Assembly: GCA_964016885.1 (NCBI GenBank)
Contig: OZ024743.1
Location: 171,120,001 to 171,184,000 of the forward strand
DNA from: Eledone cirrhosa
Taxonomy: Eukaryota
Direction: 5' to 3'
DNA: 64,000 nt
Below are positions 14,607-25,889 of this stretch, piece by piece (the stretch's first letter is position 1; every line of letters starts with the position of its first letter). Under the pieces are notes generated by a model. That model was not told where the DNA came from. It made no database searches and worked only from the letters and a program-made list of their open reading frames with translations. The position numbers were made by a program, and so were the translations under genes.

Positions 14607-14975
14607 GTCAATACACATTTTTTTCCATTTCTCCGAGGGTTCTTATCCCCACTATCAGGCTAAATAATTTCTTTAATTTCTTTAGTCAAAATACGGCGAT
14701 AGCTTACATTTCAAATAATTTCAAACACACTCGCTGTAACGAAAATATTCTTACTTGACATTAAGTTTATAGCTTCTAATTTGAATGGAAAAAGACGGGT
14801 GATGTGTAAATGGTAGCACAGTGGTCCGGATAACCAAAGATGTGGGTTCGACTCCCATGTAAGTCAATACTCATCTTTTTCCATTTCTCCGAGGGTTCTT
14901 AACCCCACTATCAGGCTAAATGATTTCTTTAATTTCTTTAGTCAAAATACGACGATAGCTTACATTTCAAATAAT
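14607..14975 (+). repeat. ~256-bp tandem unit (1.4 copies) containing a tRNA-like Pol III module at ~14797-14859
   Basis: Direct repeat starts at 14607 and 14863; A-box-like TGTGTAAATGG, stem TGGT/ACCA, B-box GGTTCGACTCC with T-stem GTGGG/CCCAT; flanked by (TA)n. Confidence 0.65.
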
Positions 14976-15193
14976 ATATATATATGTATGTACACATATA
15001 TAGGTGTATAATATTGTCAATACTCTGATATGCTCAGTTCCTGGTTGGGTTGTTATTTCACTGAGGAACTGTATATATATATACATATATATGTATATAT
15101 ATATATGTGCATATATATATATGCATATATATATATGTATATATATATACGCCTATATATGTATATATACATGTAAATCTCTATATATATATG

Positions 15194-15224
<31 letters not shown>

Positions 15225-15295
15225 GTATATATATATATATGTATATATATATATGTATATATATATATATGTATATATATATGTATATATATATC

Positions 15296-15353
<58 letters not shown>

Positions 15354-15563
15354 ATATATATATGTATATATATATATATATGTATATATAACAAAGGAAT
15401 TGTGGTAAGGAACCAGATGGACCATAACGCACCAGAGTACTCAATACTTAGGGTAGTAGAGTGGTAAATAGGAAAAAGGATGACCCCGACGGCAGAGCCC
15501 AAGCCGTTTCGACGGCTATTTCTGGACTATATATATATAAGTATATATATATAAGTATATATA

Positions 15564-16460
15564 GTCCCTAGACGCTTTTTGCGTTTAGGGATATATACTT
15601 TATTATTATTATCCTCCTCTTGGTCGAGATAAAATTTGGTCGTTCTGACTGCTGCTATTTATAGTGGTAGTAGACTGACCTCCCTGTTTCTGCTTCTATC
15701 TTTACACCCGGCACTGGACAGAATTGCTTCCACATCAGTCATTCTCATCTCAGGAACAATTTTGAATAGCGCCAGTTCGTAATTTGAACACGGGAATTTT
15801 ATATTCTCCGAGTGAAAAGACCCTTCTGACGAGAGTTTATCTTTTCAATGGAAGGCCGCAAGGACTGTCCATTTATTTTGGAGACTCGAAACCGATTCGG
15901 TAAAGGTACCCATATTGAGTACAGTGAATCTTTTAAAATTTATTTTGAAACTTTTTCTTATTTGCTAAACCTTGATTATATATGTTCAGGCTCGTTAATT
16001 TATTAACCTGCCATTGAACCACATTAGCATATGGTTGGACAATGCATGTGTCCCTAGACGCTTTTTGCGTGTAGGGATATATACTTTATTACTATTATTC
16101 TCCTCTTGGTCGAGATAAAATTTGGTCGTTCTGACTGCTGATATTTATAGTGGTAGTAGACTGACTTCCCTGCCTCTGCTTCTATCTTTACACACGGCAC
16201 TGGACAGAATTGCTTCCACATCATTGATTCTCATCTCCGGAACAATTTTCAATAGCGCCAGTTCGTAATTTGAACTCGGGAATTTTATATTCTCCGAGTG
16301 AAAAGACCCATCTGACGAGAGTTTATCTTTTCAATGGAAGGCCGCAAGGACTGTCCATTTATTTTTGAGACTCGAAACCGATTCGGTAAAGGTAACCATA
16401 GTGAGTACAGTGAATATTTTAAAATTTATTTTGAAACTTTTTCTTATTTGCTAAACCTTG

Positions 16461-16465
<5 letters not shown>
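15564..16465 (+). repeat. 486-bp tandem unit (~1.85 copies) with one hammerhead per unit (retrozyme/PLE pLTR) in (TA)n
   Basis: Units start at 15564 and 16050; CTGACGA at 15826 and 16312. Confidence 0.85.
15822..15906 (+). ncRNA. Type I hammerhead ribozyme (second copy ~16308-16392)
   Basis: CCTT-CTGACGA-GAGTTT...AGACTC-GAAAC-CGATTCGGT-A-AAGG; GUA site. Confidence 0.8.
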
Positions 16466-16529
<64 letters not shown>

Positions 16530-16531
<2 letters not shown>

Positions 16532-16727
16532 CGAAGGAAATGTGGTAAGGAACCAGGTGGACCATAACGCACCAAAGTACTCAATACTTGAGGTAGTAGA
16601 GTGGGTAATAGGAACCAGTAAGACCCCGACAGCTGAGCTCAAGCCGTTTCGACGGCTAATTCTGGACAGAGTCCAGAATTAGCCGTCGAAACGGCTTGAG
16701 CTCAGCTGTCGGGGTCTTACTGGTTCC

Positions 16728-16730
<3 letters not shown>
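16530..16730. repeat. pLTR-like fragment ending in a perfect 60-bp-arm palindrome (16608-16730, loop AGA); related fragment at ~15388-15528
   Basis: Read directly; contains the 3' half of a hammerhead (GAAACGGC...GCYGT-C). Confidence 0.75.
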
Positions 16731-16759
<29 letters not shown>

Positions 16760-16761
<2 letters not shown>

Positions 16762-19553
16762 AGTTTTGCGAGGTTTTTGATATGAAATCGTGTGTCGAAA
16801 CAAATATTGTTATACTTGGGGAGGGTCATATTTGTGTAATATTGCCAGAATTAATAACAGAACACACTCACTGTTTTGTTGGTTTTCGCTTTTCGCTTCT
16901 GTGTCTTTTATATCGGTTAATTTAATTTATTCGGTCCTCAATGTTGCCATTGACTGACCAACGGTCAAAAATACAGATACAATATAGACACAAACACATA
17001 TATATAGTCTATCAAAGTTCTTTCGTTGCACATCTGCAACATTGTCAGTGGTGCTATTGTTTCCTCCCGTTGCATCGTATGTCTACGCCATCTTTATTTA
17101 GTCTGTTTATATATTTATTTATTTGTTTATTTTTTTGTCTTCTTTGCGCATGCGTTTGCGTGTGTGTATAGTGTTTTGTTTGATGTGTGTTCGTGTTTGG
17201 GTGACTATGTATTTGTTAATGTATTCTATCATTACTAGTGTGTGTTTATTGTTATTGTGCTTGTGTATGTATTTATTTATTTATCTATTTATTTATACTT
17301 CTCTTAGGTCAGTGTTGTTTGTTTACGTGTTGTTGTTATTCCATTCATTTTTTCGGTTTAGCCTTGGCCTTCTAAGTTCTATTTCACTGGCCTCTCTGAT
17401 TTGCCTATCTGCTGGGTCATTTCTATGTTTAGATATTATTCTAATTTCTATGTTGTCTATGTTACCGTTGTGTTGTTGTCTGGCATGTTCGTATAGTACT
17501 GAACCGTGTTTCGTCCTTTTAGTTCCCCCCAGTGTTGGTCTATCCTTTCACCTATGCTACGAGCTGTCTCGCATTTGTATGTTGTTGTCATGTTTCTGCA
17601 AGTACCCTCTGTACATCTTATGCTATAGACTACGTTTATAGTTTTACAGTTTATCCGGGGGTTTACCTTACATATGATACATTTCCTATTAGTACAGTGG
17701 GTTTTCTTAAACGGGTAGGTTTTGCTGATCAGGGATTTTATGGTGGTTCTTGGCTTTTCTACCACCTTAATCTTTAAGTGGGTCTTTCTCATGGCCTTTC
17801 TACACTGGTTAGCTAATTTCCCTCCAGGGGTAGCGTCCACAAACATGACACTCTGGTATCCCTGGTTGTCGTACCATGAGGTGGCTCTCCCTATCTTATA
17901 TCTAGCCCTATCTAAGCTATTCCATGAATTGCTCCTGTATAATGGGCAAATTCCTTTCATGTCCAGTTCTATGAGTGTCTTATACTTCTCCGTGGCTCCT
18001 TAGTATACTCTGATTCTGTCTCTTTGGATGTAGCCAGAGAACTGCATGCGGTTGATGAAGTGTTGGATGTGTCTTTCCATTCCTGTTGGGTAGCACATGC
18101 GGGACACATTCTTCATCACTCGTACCAAGTCTGCGATCAGAATATTAAACTTAGCACTACTGGACATTGCTGAGTTTTTGAGTATCAGGTATTTGGAGGC
18201 CATGGGTTTAGTATAGTGTGAGTGGAGAATTTGGGCTCTCTCGTCTATAGTGTTAATCCAGAGTTCCGTGTCTAATACAAGTAGTCTATTGTTAGGGTGT
18301 TTGGAAGGGTAGTCGATAGTTACAGTTATACTCTGGTGTATGGAATTAGCTATCTGCTGGATGCTTTCCATTGTGCTACGTTCTAAATCAAACTTGTTAG
18401 TGCTCTCTTGTGGGGATGTTCTTATTACTATATTGATATCGTCTACATAACGAGAGTACATGATGAGGTCTATGGAGCTCTCATTAAGGAGATCTTTAAG
18501 TCTCCTTTTCCACCATACCATAAAAAGGTTGGCAACGTCACCAGCTATGCTGACGCCAATGGCTGCTCCCTCATTTTGGGTGTAGATCTTCTCGTTGAAC
18601 TTGAATATGTGGCCCTTTAGGATAGTTTTGATACTAGCCCCTATTGCATGTGCGACCATTTTTCTTACCTGAACATTGTTTTGGGGGGTCCGTATAGCTT
18701 TGGTCCACCCAATCCACCTTCCCATGGGAGTCTTTTTAGCCATTGAGGTTATGGTGGGGATTCTACCACTTATGGGTCTACTGGGGCAGAAACGTCTAAG
18801 GTCATGGCTGTCTAGGTAGTCAGTGTCGTAAGTAAGTCTAAGTAGGAGGCCCAGTTCGTCTGTGTCGACGTCGCAGAACTCCACCTCACTCTCAATGATC
18901 ATCTCCACAGATTTTTCCACAGCAAAATCAATGTTAATGGATGGGTACAGTGATACCGCATCCATGCTGCCTATTATGCAGTTGGATAGGTTCCTGTTTT
19001 TGTTGCATTCACTGATTCTGCTGAGGAGGTCCTCTGTACTGTCACATACATCTGGGGACATCTTGATTATGGGGCGTATAACCATTGAGAGGAAGTAGGA
19101 GATCCTGTATTTGCTAGCTATATTAGCTCCGCATACGGGTCTTGTTGGTGGTCCTGTTGTCGGGTCGTCGACTGTCTTGTGCTCTTTGCGGGACCCATAC
19201 AAGGGTTGTATGCCATTGTTAGACGCCTGGAAGCTGTTGGCAGTGCGTCTGCTTGGCTTTAGGATGTCGGTCCATATCATCATGTGAGCGTGGAGGATTT
19301 TCTCTCGCCCATCATGTATTTGCTGTGCAATTTCGCTCGTGTTGGTGATGTGGTTTTGCATAGCCTTGATGTAGTTCGGCATGCTGTCTATTGACATCCT
19401 ACCAGACTTATCCGTGGGTAGACATACTGCCTCACCATCCCTTGTGCGCTGCTTAAGGCTAACCAAGCCTTCTACAGGTTTCCTCCCAAGTTGTTGGACC
19501 TCTGGTCTGCTCTGTCTCTTAGTATACCGGTCTACTATTTGTCTAATCTTATT
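16760..19553 (-). mobile_element. PLE copy 3 (RT ORF 18000-19466, GIY-YIG remnant, pLTR), 5'-truncated
   Basis: Same family as copy 1, with YVDD intact; premature stop at ~18000. Confidence 0.92.
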
Positions 19554-20772
19554 TCAGAGTATACGAAGTAGCCACAGAGAAGTATAAGACCCTCATAGAA
19601 CTGGACATGAAAGGAATTTGCCCATTATACAGGAGAAAATCATGGAATAGCTTAGATAGGGCTTGACATAAGATAGGGAAAGCCACCTCATGGTACGACA
19701 ACCAGAGATACCAGAGTGTCATGTTTGTGGACGCTAACCCTGGAGGGAAATTAGCTACCCAGTGTAGAAAGGCCCTGAGAAAGACCCACTTAAAGATTAA
19801 GGTGGTAGAAAAGCCAGGAACCACCATAAAATCCCTGATCAGCAAAACCTACCCTTTTAAGAAAACCCACTGTACTACTAGGAAATGTATCATATGTAAA
19901 GTAAACCCCCGGATAAACTGTAAAACTAGAAACGTAGTCTATAGCATAAGATGTACAGAGGGTACTTGCAGAAACATGACAACAACATACAAATGCGAGA
20001 CAGCTCGTAGCATAGGTGAAAGGATAGACCAACACTGGGGGGGAACTAAAAGGACGAAAAAACGGTTCAGTACCATACGAACATTCCAGACAACACGACG
20101 GTAACATAGACAACATAGAAATTAGAATATCAAAACATAGAAATGATCCAGCAGATAGGCAAATCAGAGAGGCCAGTGAAATAGAACTTAGAAGGCCAAG
20201 GCTAAACAGAAAAAAATGAATGGAATAACAACACCCAAACAAACAACACTGACCAAAGAGAAGTATAAATAAATAAATACATACACAAGGACAATAACAA
20301 CAAACACATATAAACACACACTAGTAAAGATAGAATACATTAACCAATACACAGTAATCCAATCACGAACACACATCAAACAAAACACTATACACACACG
20401 CAAAGAAGACAAAAAAAATAAAAATAAATATATAAACAGACTAAATAAAGATGGCGTAGAAATTACAATGCAACGGTAGGAAACAATAGCACCACTGACG
20501 ATGTTGCAGATGTGCAACGAAAGAACTTTGATAGTCTATATATATGTGCTTGTGTCTATATTGTATCTGTATTTTTGACCGTTGGTCAGTCAATGGCAAC
20601 ATTGAGGACCGAATAAATTAAATTAACCGATATAAAAGACACAGAAGCGAAAACCAACCAAACAGTGAGTGTTTCTGTTATTAATTCTGGCAATATTACA
20701 CAAATATGACCCTCTCCAAGTATAACAATATGTTTCGACACACGATTTCATATAAAAACCTCGCAAAACTAA
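19554..20772 (+). mobile_element. PLE copy 4 (linker, GIY-YIG, pLTR), inverted relative to copy 3
   Basis: Homologous to ~11470-12660 and extends to GCAAAACTAA + (TA)n. Confidence 0.9.
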
Positions 20773-20788
20773 TATATATATATATATA

Positions 20789-21710
20789 TCATCATCATCG
20801 TTTAACGTCCATCTTCCACTCTAGCATGGGTTTGGACGGGAATTTTCCCACTTGAGGCAAGATTGGTTGTCTTGCTCGTATAGGACTTCTGGCGGATTTT
20901 CTACGGCTGGATGCCCTTCCTAACACCAACCACGTTTACAGTGTGGACAGGGAGGTCTTTATCGTGTTACCTACACGGCCACATTACAGCGTGGACTGTG
21001 TTTTTTTGTCGTGACACCTACACGACCTCATCTGTTTCGGACTGGATGTTGTGGTACCAACATAACTTTACATTGGAAGGGTGGGGGTAGTGGGACGGGG
21101 TGTATTTTTGTTAGAGGTGCCTACTGACTGTAGGTTTCACTTTGTACTTAGGCAAGGCGGGTCTTCTGTATAACTGTGTAGCGCCAAATATCTCGGTCCA
21201 GTGACATTGTCTTGGAGAGGTGTAACTGTGTGAGGTCGGAATTTATCAAGTCGTCCCAGGTTTTTCTGGGTCTGCCTACTCCGTGGCTACAGTCTATTTT
21301 TATCGCCCTGCACTTTTTTATACAGCTGTGGTCTTTCATGCACATCACGTGACCGTACCAACGTAGTCTTCTCTCGAGTAAATAACATCTGATCCCTCTT
21401 ATTCCTAATTTATCACTTAGTTCATTTATGCTTTGCCGTTCACGTATATTACTATTACACATCAAGCGGAGCATGGAAGCTTCGTTTCTCTCCTGTCTGC
21501 GTATATCCTCTGCACACAATGCCCAGGTCTCACTGCCATGTAACATTGCTGTTCGTATGCAGGCATCATACAGCCTCCCTTTCATTTTTAGAGAGAACCC
21601 TTTAGTGGCCAATAACGGTATAAGCTCTCTGAACTTTTTCCATCCCGTTCTGACTCTAGCTACTGTACTTTCAGAGCACCCTCCCCCACTACTGATTTTG
21701 TCACCCAGGT
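20789..21710 (-). mobile_element. 5'-truncated RTE-clade LINE 3' end with (GAT)n tail
   Basis: AMLHGSETW, RRLRWYGHV and GRPRKTW motifs; 3' UTR matches 29776-30155. Confidence 0.9.
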
Positions 21711-21727
21711 ATATATATGTATGTATG

Positions 21728-21776
<49 letters not shown>

Positions 21777-22038
21777 ATATATATGTATATATATATATAT
21801 ATATGTATGTATATATATATGATTAAGTTAAAGTATACATCTACATATGTATACGGAAGTATTAGTATGCATATAAATACACACATGTATACATATGTAC
21901 ATGTACTGAGTTTTTCACTAGACACTTTACAGTGAGTGTCAGCTAGTCTGTACGTAACCACACAGACGGACCGGGTTTTAGAGTCATACGAGTTTTCAAG
22001 GAAACACATTTCCTCTATTCGCCAGAGGGCCAGACAGG

Positions 22039-22083
22039 AATATTGGACTAGTTTCGATGTTATTACATCTCATCAGCAATATT
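22039..22083 (-). ncRNA. Type I minimal hammerhead ribozyme
   Basis: Reverse complement of the 22575-22619 motif. Confidence 0.88.
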
Positions 22084-22574
22084 TACCCATCTTCCGGCTT
22101 CTCTGGAGAATTGTAAAAGCACATATCGTTATATGCTTTTTCTATGAAAATTAGTAGTGGGTAGACTAATTTGCATAGAACGTGAGTCATTGTACGCACC
22201 GGTTCAGCGGAAACGATAAAAACAAATAACGAAACGAAATTAAATTTCGTTTCGCTTCTAACTCACTTTTGTATGACTGACGCTTAAACAATTAAGTTAA
22301 AGTGTACATCTACATATGTATACGGAAGTATTAGTATGCATATAAATACACACATGTATACATATGTACATGTACTGAGTTTTTCACTAGACACTTTACA
22401 GTGAGTGTCAGCTAGTCTGTACGTAACCACACAGACGGACCGGGTTTTAGCTGAACCGGTGCGTACAATGACTCACGTTCTATGCAAATTAGTCTACCCA
22501 CTACTAATTTTCATAGAAAAAGCATATAACGATATGTGCTTTTACAATTCTCCAGAGAAGCCGGAAGATGGGTA

Positions 22575-22619
22575 AATATTGCTGATGAGATGTAATAACA
22601 TCGAAACTAGTCCAATATT
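22575..22619 (+). ncRNA. Type I minimal hammerhead ribozyme
   Basis: AATATTG-CTGATGA-GATGT aata ACATC-GAAAC-TAGT-C-CAATATT; fully canonical core, GUC site after 22612. Confidence 0.9.
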
Positions 22620-23043
22620 CCTGTCTGGCCCTCTGGAGAATAGAGGAAATGTGTTTCCTTGAAAACTCGTATGACTCTAAAACCCGGTCCGTCTGTGTGG
22701 TTACGTACAGACTAGCTGACACTCACTGTAAAGTGTCTAGTGAAAAACTCAGTACATGTACATATGTATACATGTGTGTATTTATATGCATACTAATACT
22801 TCCGTATACATATGTAGATGTACACTTTAACTTAATTGTTTAAGCGTCAGTCATACAAAAGTGAGTTAGAAGCGAAACGAAATTTAATTTCGTTTCGTTA
22901 TTTGTTTTTATCGTTTCCGCTGAACCGGTGCGTACAATGACTCACGTTCTATGCAAATTAGTCTACCCACTACTAATTTTCATAGAAAAAGCATATAACG
23001 ATATGTGCTTTTACAATTCTCCAGAGAAGCCGGAAGATGGGTA

Positions 23044-23088
23044 AATATTGCTGATGAGATGTAATAACATCGAAACTAGTCCAATATT
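23044..23088 (+). ncRNA. Type I minimal hammerhead ribozyme
   Basis: Identical motif 469 nt downstream; site after 23081. Confidence 0.9.
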
Positions 23089-23357
23089 CCTGTCTGGCCC
23101 TCTGGCGAATAGAGGAAATGTGTTTCCTTGAAAACTCGTATGACTCTAAAACCCGGTCCGTCTGTGTGGTTACGTACAGACTAGCTGACACTCACTGTAA
23201 AGTGTCTAGTGAAAAACTCAGTACATGTACATATGTATACATGTGTGTATTTATATGCATGCTAATACTTCCGTATACATATGTAGATGTACACTTTAAC
23301 TTAATTGTTTAAGCGTCAGTCATACAAAAGTGAGTTAGAAGCGAAACGAAATTTAAT

Positions 23358-23505
23358 TAACAAATCAACATCATTGGATACCATCAGAGTTTTCCTTCTA
23401 GAATTCTGCCTTGACAAAGGCTAAGGAGAGATGACCCCTTAGCCTTTGTCAAGGCAGAATTCTAGAAGGAAAACTCTGATGGTATCCAATGATGTTGATT
23501 TGTTA
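23358..23505. repeat. Perfect ~69-bp-arm hairpin with 10-nt loop
   Basis: TAACAAATC...GGCTAAGG agagatgacc CCTTAGCC...GATTTGTTA. Confidence 0.9.
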
Positions 23506-23666
23506 TTCTTTTTGGTAAATATCATCTTGGTTAAGAGAGTGGGACTGGCTTTGTGCAGTGCCTTTGTTCACTATAAAAGCTTCACGGCACAGGCATTGCT
23601 TTATATCTGGAGATCTCTCTGCACTTGTCATCACAGGGTACAATGGGCCCAGCACTATGTGTCAGT

Positions 23667-23810
23667 AATTGTCACAAGTGTAGTGTTTGTACCAGAGTTT
23701 TCAAGTCGCTGGCTGGACTAAAAAGTCACACTCGTTCAGCGCATCAGTAGGGGTTCTTCTACTTGGATATAAAGTAGTGGCCGTACTCGAAAACGAGTTG
23801 GCAGCCACCA
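23667..23810 (+). mobile_element. LINE 3'-end remnant with terminal C2H2 finger
   Basis: HKCSVCTRVFKSLAGLKSHTRSAHQ*, followed by a short UTR with stem-loop CTCG aaaa CGAG and a (TA)n tail, as in RTE-group 3' ends. Confidence 0.55.
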
Positions 23811-25261
23811 TATATATATATATACATATACACACACACATACAAATATATGTATGTAGTTGGTGAGTTAATTGAGTTGTGGTGTTGATTCGTTTGTTGC
23901 GTGTGTGTTCACTTGTAGCTTGCTGTGTCGTGTGGTAACTGTTGTGTGATGCAGAGACCAGAGGTTGCAGCTAAGTGTTCATTAAGATGATGATATGATA
24001 GTTCCTTGATTACGCAGAAAATGAATATATATAAATGAACCATGATAACACCAAACCGCTATATCATTAATTCATAAAAGAAGAGTTGAAAACTTCATGA
24101 AGTTCACTGTCTTGGTTAAGAGAGAAACCAAGAGATAGAGATTGAGTGGGGTCTGTAGAACACAATAGTCTACATGTTTACTCTATCAAGGACTGCTTCT
24201 GCTTGATCTAAGACAGGCTATTTATCTATGTTACTTCCTCTGTCCCCAAGCCTTGAGAACAAAGGGCTGACCTTTATAAGTCGCTCACTCTCAGACTTCT
24301 TTACACCCAAAAGGAGATAACCCAGAAAATGACTGTTAAATGTCACATAGGGGTCAAAGTATGGACAGATTTCGCTACATATCTACAGTGAATTGTAACA
24401 GCACAAATCAAGCAATGAAAGGTTCTCATGCTTTTTTGTTCACTCATTCTGTCTGGTTGCAGCCCTATCTACCCCTACTTATTTTTAGACAGACTACATG
24501 AGCAAATGGGTGTTATTTGAGGGCTATTTGGTTATCTCTAGTTGATTGAGTGACCAAATAGAAGTTACCTGATATTTTACTCAACCCCTTTGTCCAGTGA
24601 TTGTTATTAGAGATGAGTGATGTTAACTTTGCCTTTTATCCTTCCAGGTTTGATAAAAAAAAGTACCAGTCAAATATTGGGATCAATTTAATAGACTTTC
24701 CCCTCTCCATAAATTGTTGGCCTTGTGCTTGAATTAGAAATCATCATTAGAGGCCTGTGATAGTGCATCATCATGTCAAAATTTCATTTTCTCTAATCTA
24801 TTTATTGGGAGTGTCATTTACATGTATTTTAGGTTTAGGTAAATGCTTACTGATAATCTTTTTATAACATATTTCAAGATTTTCAAAGTTCATTGTATGT
24901 TGCTGCTAACACATGTATCAGCTTTGCTGCCATCACTGTTGTAGGTCAATAATTAAAGTCTGAAATTTCCAGCTCCAGCTTTGAATCTATAATGAGAGTT
25001 ATGCAGACAATTTTCATCTAGAAAATGAGGGAAATGAATAAAAAAATGTATGGGTCAAGAATGATCTTTTAGACAGTTTTTATCAGTATTAAAAGAGTTC
25101 AGTATCAATAGCATGTATTTTCTGTGATTTTTCTTTTCTTACTCTCTCTCATTCTATATTCCAATGAAGGACTAACATCTGAAACGTTAAGACTCTTTCC
25201 CTACTATATCAAGTTTTAAACTAATATATACCATCATTGTCCTGTATTATTATCATATTAG

Positions 25262-25432
25262 GGGGTGGATTGGCAGTATCGGTAGAGAGTCGGACACCAT
25301 GCTTTGAAGCATAGAGTTACGTCCCTTTATGATCTGAGTTCAAATCCCGCCGAGGTTAACTTTGCCTTTCATCCAGTACCAGTAATGTACTGGGTAATTG
25401 CTGGCCTTGTGCCTAAAATAGAAACAATTATT
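25262..25432 (+). mobile_element. tRNA-derived SINE (internally deleted)
   Basis: Homologous to the other SINE copies. Confidence 0.8.
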
Positions 25433-25889
25433 ATCATATTATGGGAGGATGCCTATGAGAGTGCTGGGCTGTTTCCACAGCTTCACTATCACCTGTAGTA
25501 ACATCACAAATGTTTTAGATTGCTTCAAAATATTTTAAAGGACAACACTAATATTCACTGTTGTAGTGTGTAATTAAGGGTGTGTATATGTCTTCTCTTT
25601 TTTTCCCATTCTTTCCGACTCATTTTCATTGCCTACTCACTTTGTCTAATATTATTAACTAATATTTAAACAAAAAACTATCTGTCTAAAAGTTTTAAAG
25701 GGGACATTTTCCAAAATCAGTTAAAGTTTATTTTTCATAATTAGATTGGAAATATTCTGAATAATTTATCAATGGAAAATGGAGCAGCAATGGGTGTGGG
25801 GGAAAGAAAAACAGTTAATTTGCCAATACTGCTTTTAATCAAAATAATATATTTACAAAAGTGAACAGGTTGCCAACAAATTAGCAATA

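Larger units (their letters stand above)
21822..23358. mobile_element. Retrozyme-like 469-bp tandem repeat: ~1.3 units on minus (21822-22450) fused head-to-head to ~1.9 units on plus (22450-23358)
   Basis: Near-identical units with period 469 and one canonical hammerhead per unit; the left end abuts (TA)n. Confidence 0.88.

Noticed and set aside
14625-14662. Minus-strand hammerhead (CTGATAG-TGGGG...CCCT)
   Set aside because: The core and GAAA spacing are wrong, and there is no stem I or III.
14797-14865. Functional tRNA gene
   Set aside because: The acceptor stem does not pair and the anticodon loop lacks U33; treated as tRNA-derived.
21822-23358. CRISPR-like array, or the repeated 72-aa ORF as a gene
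   Set aside because: The units are identical with no unique spacers or cas genes; the ORF is antisense to the ribozyme and has no recognisable motif.
23667-23750. Host C2H2 zinc-finger gene exon
   Set aside because: It is a single finger followed by a stop, a stem-loop and a repeat tail, which fits a LINE 3' end better.
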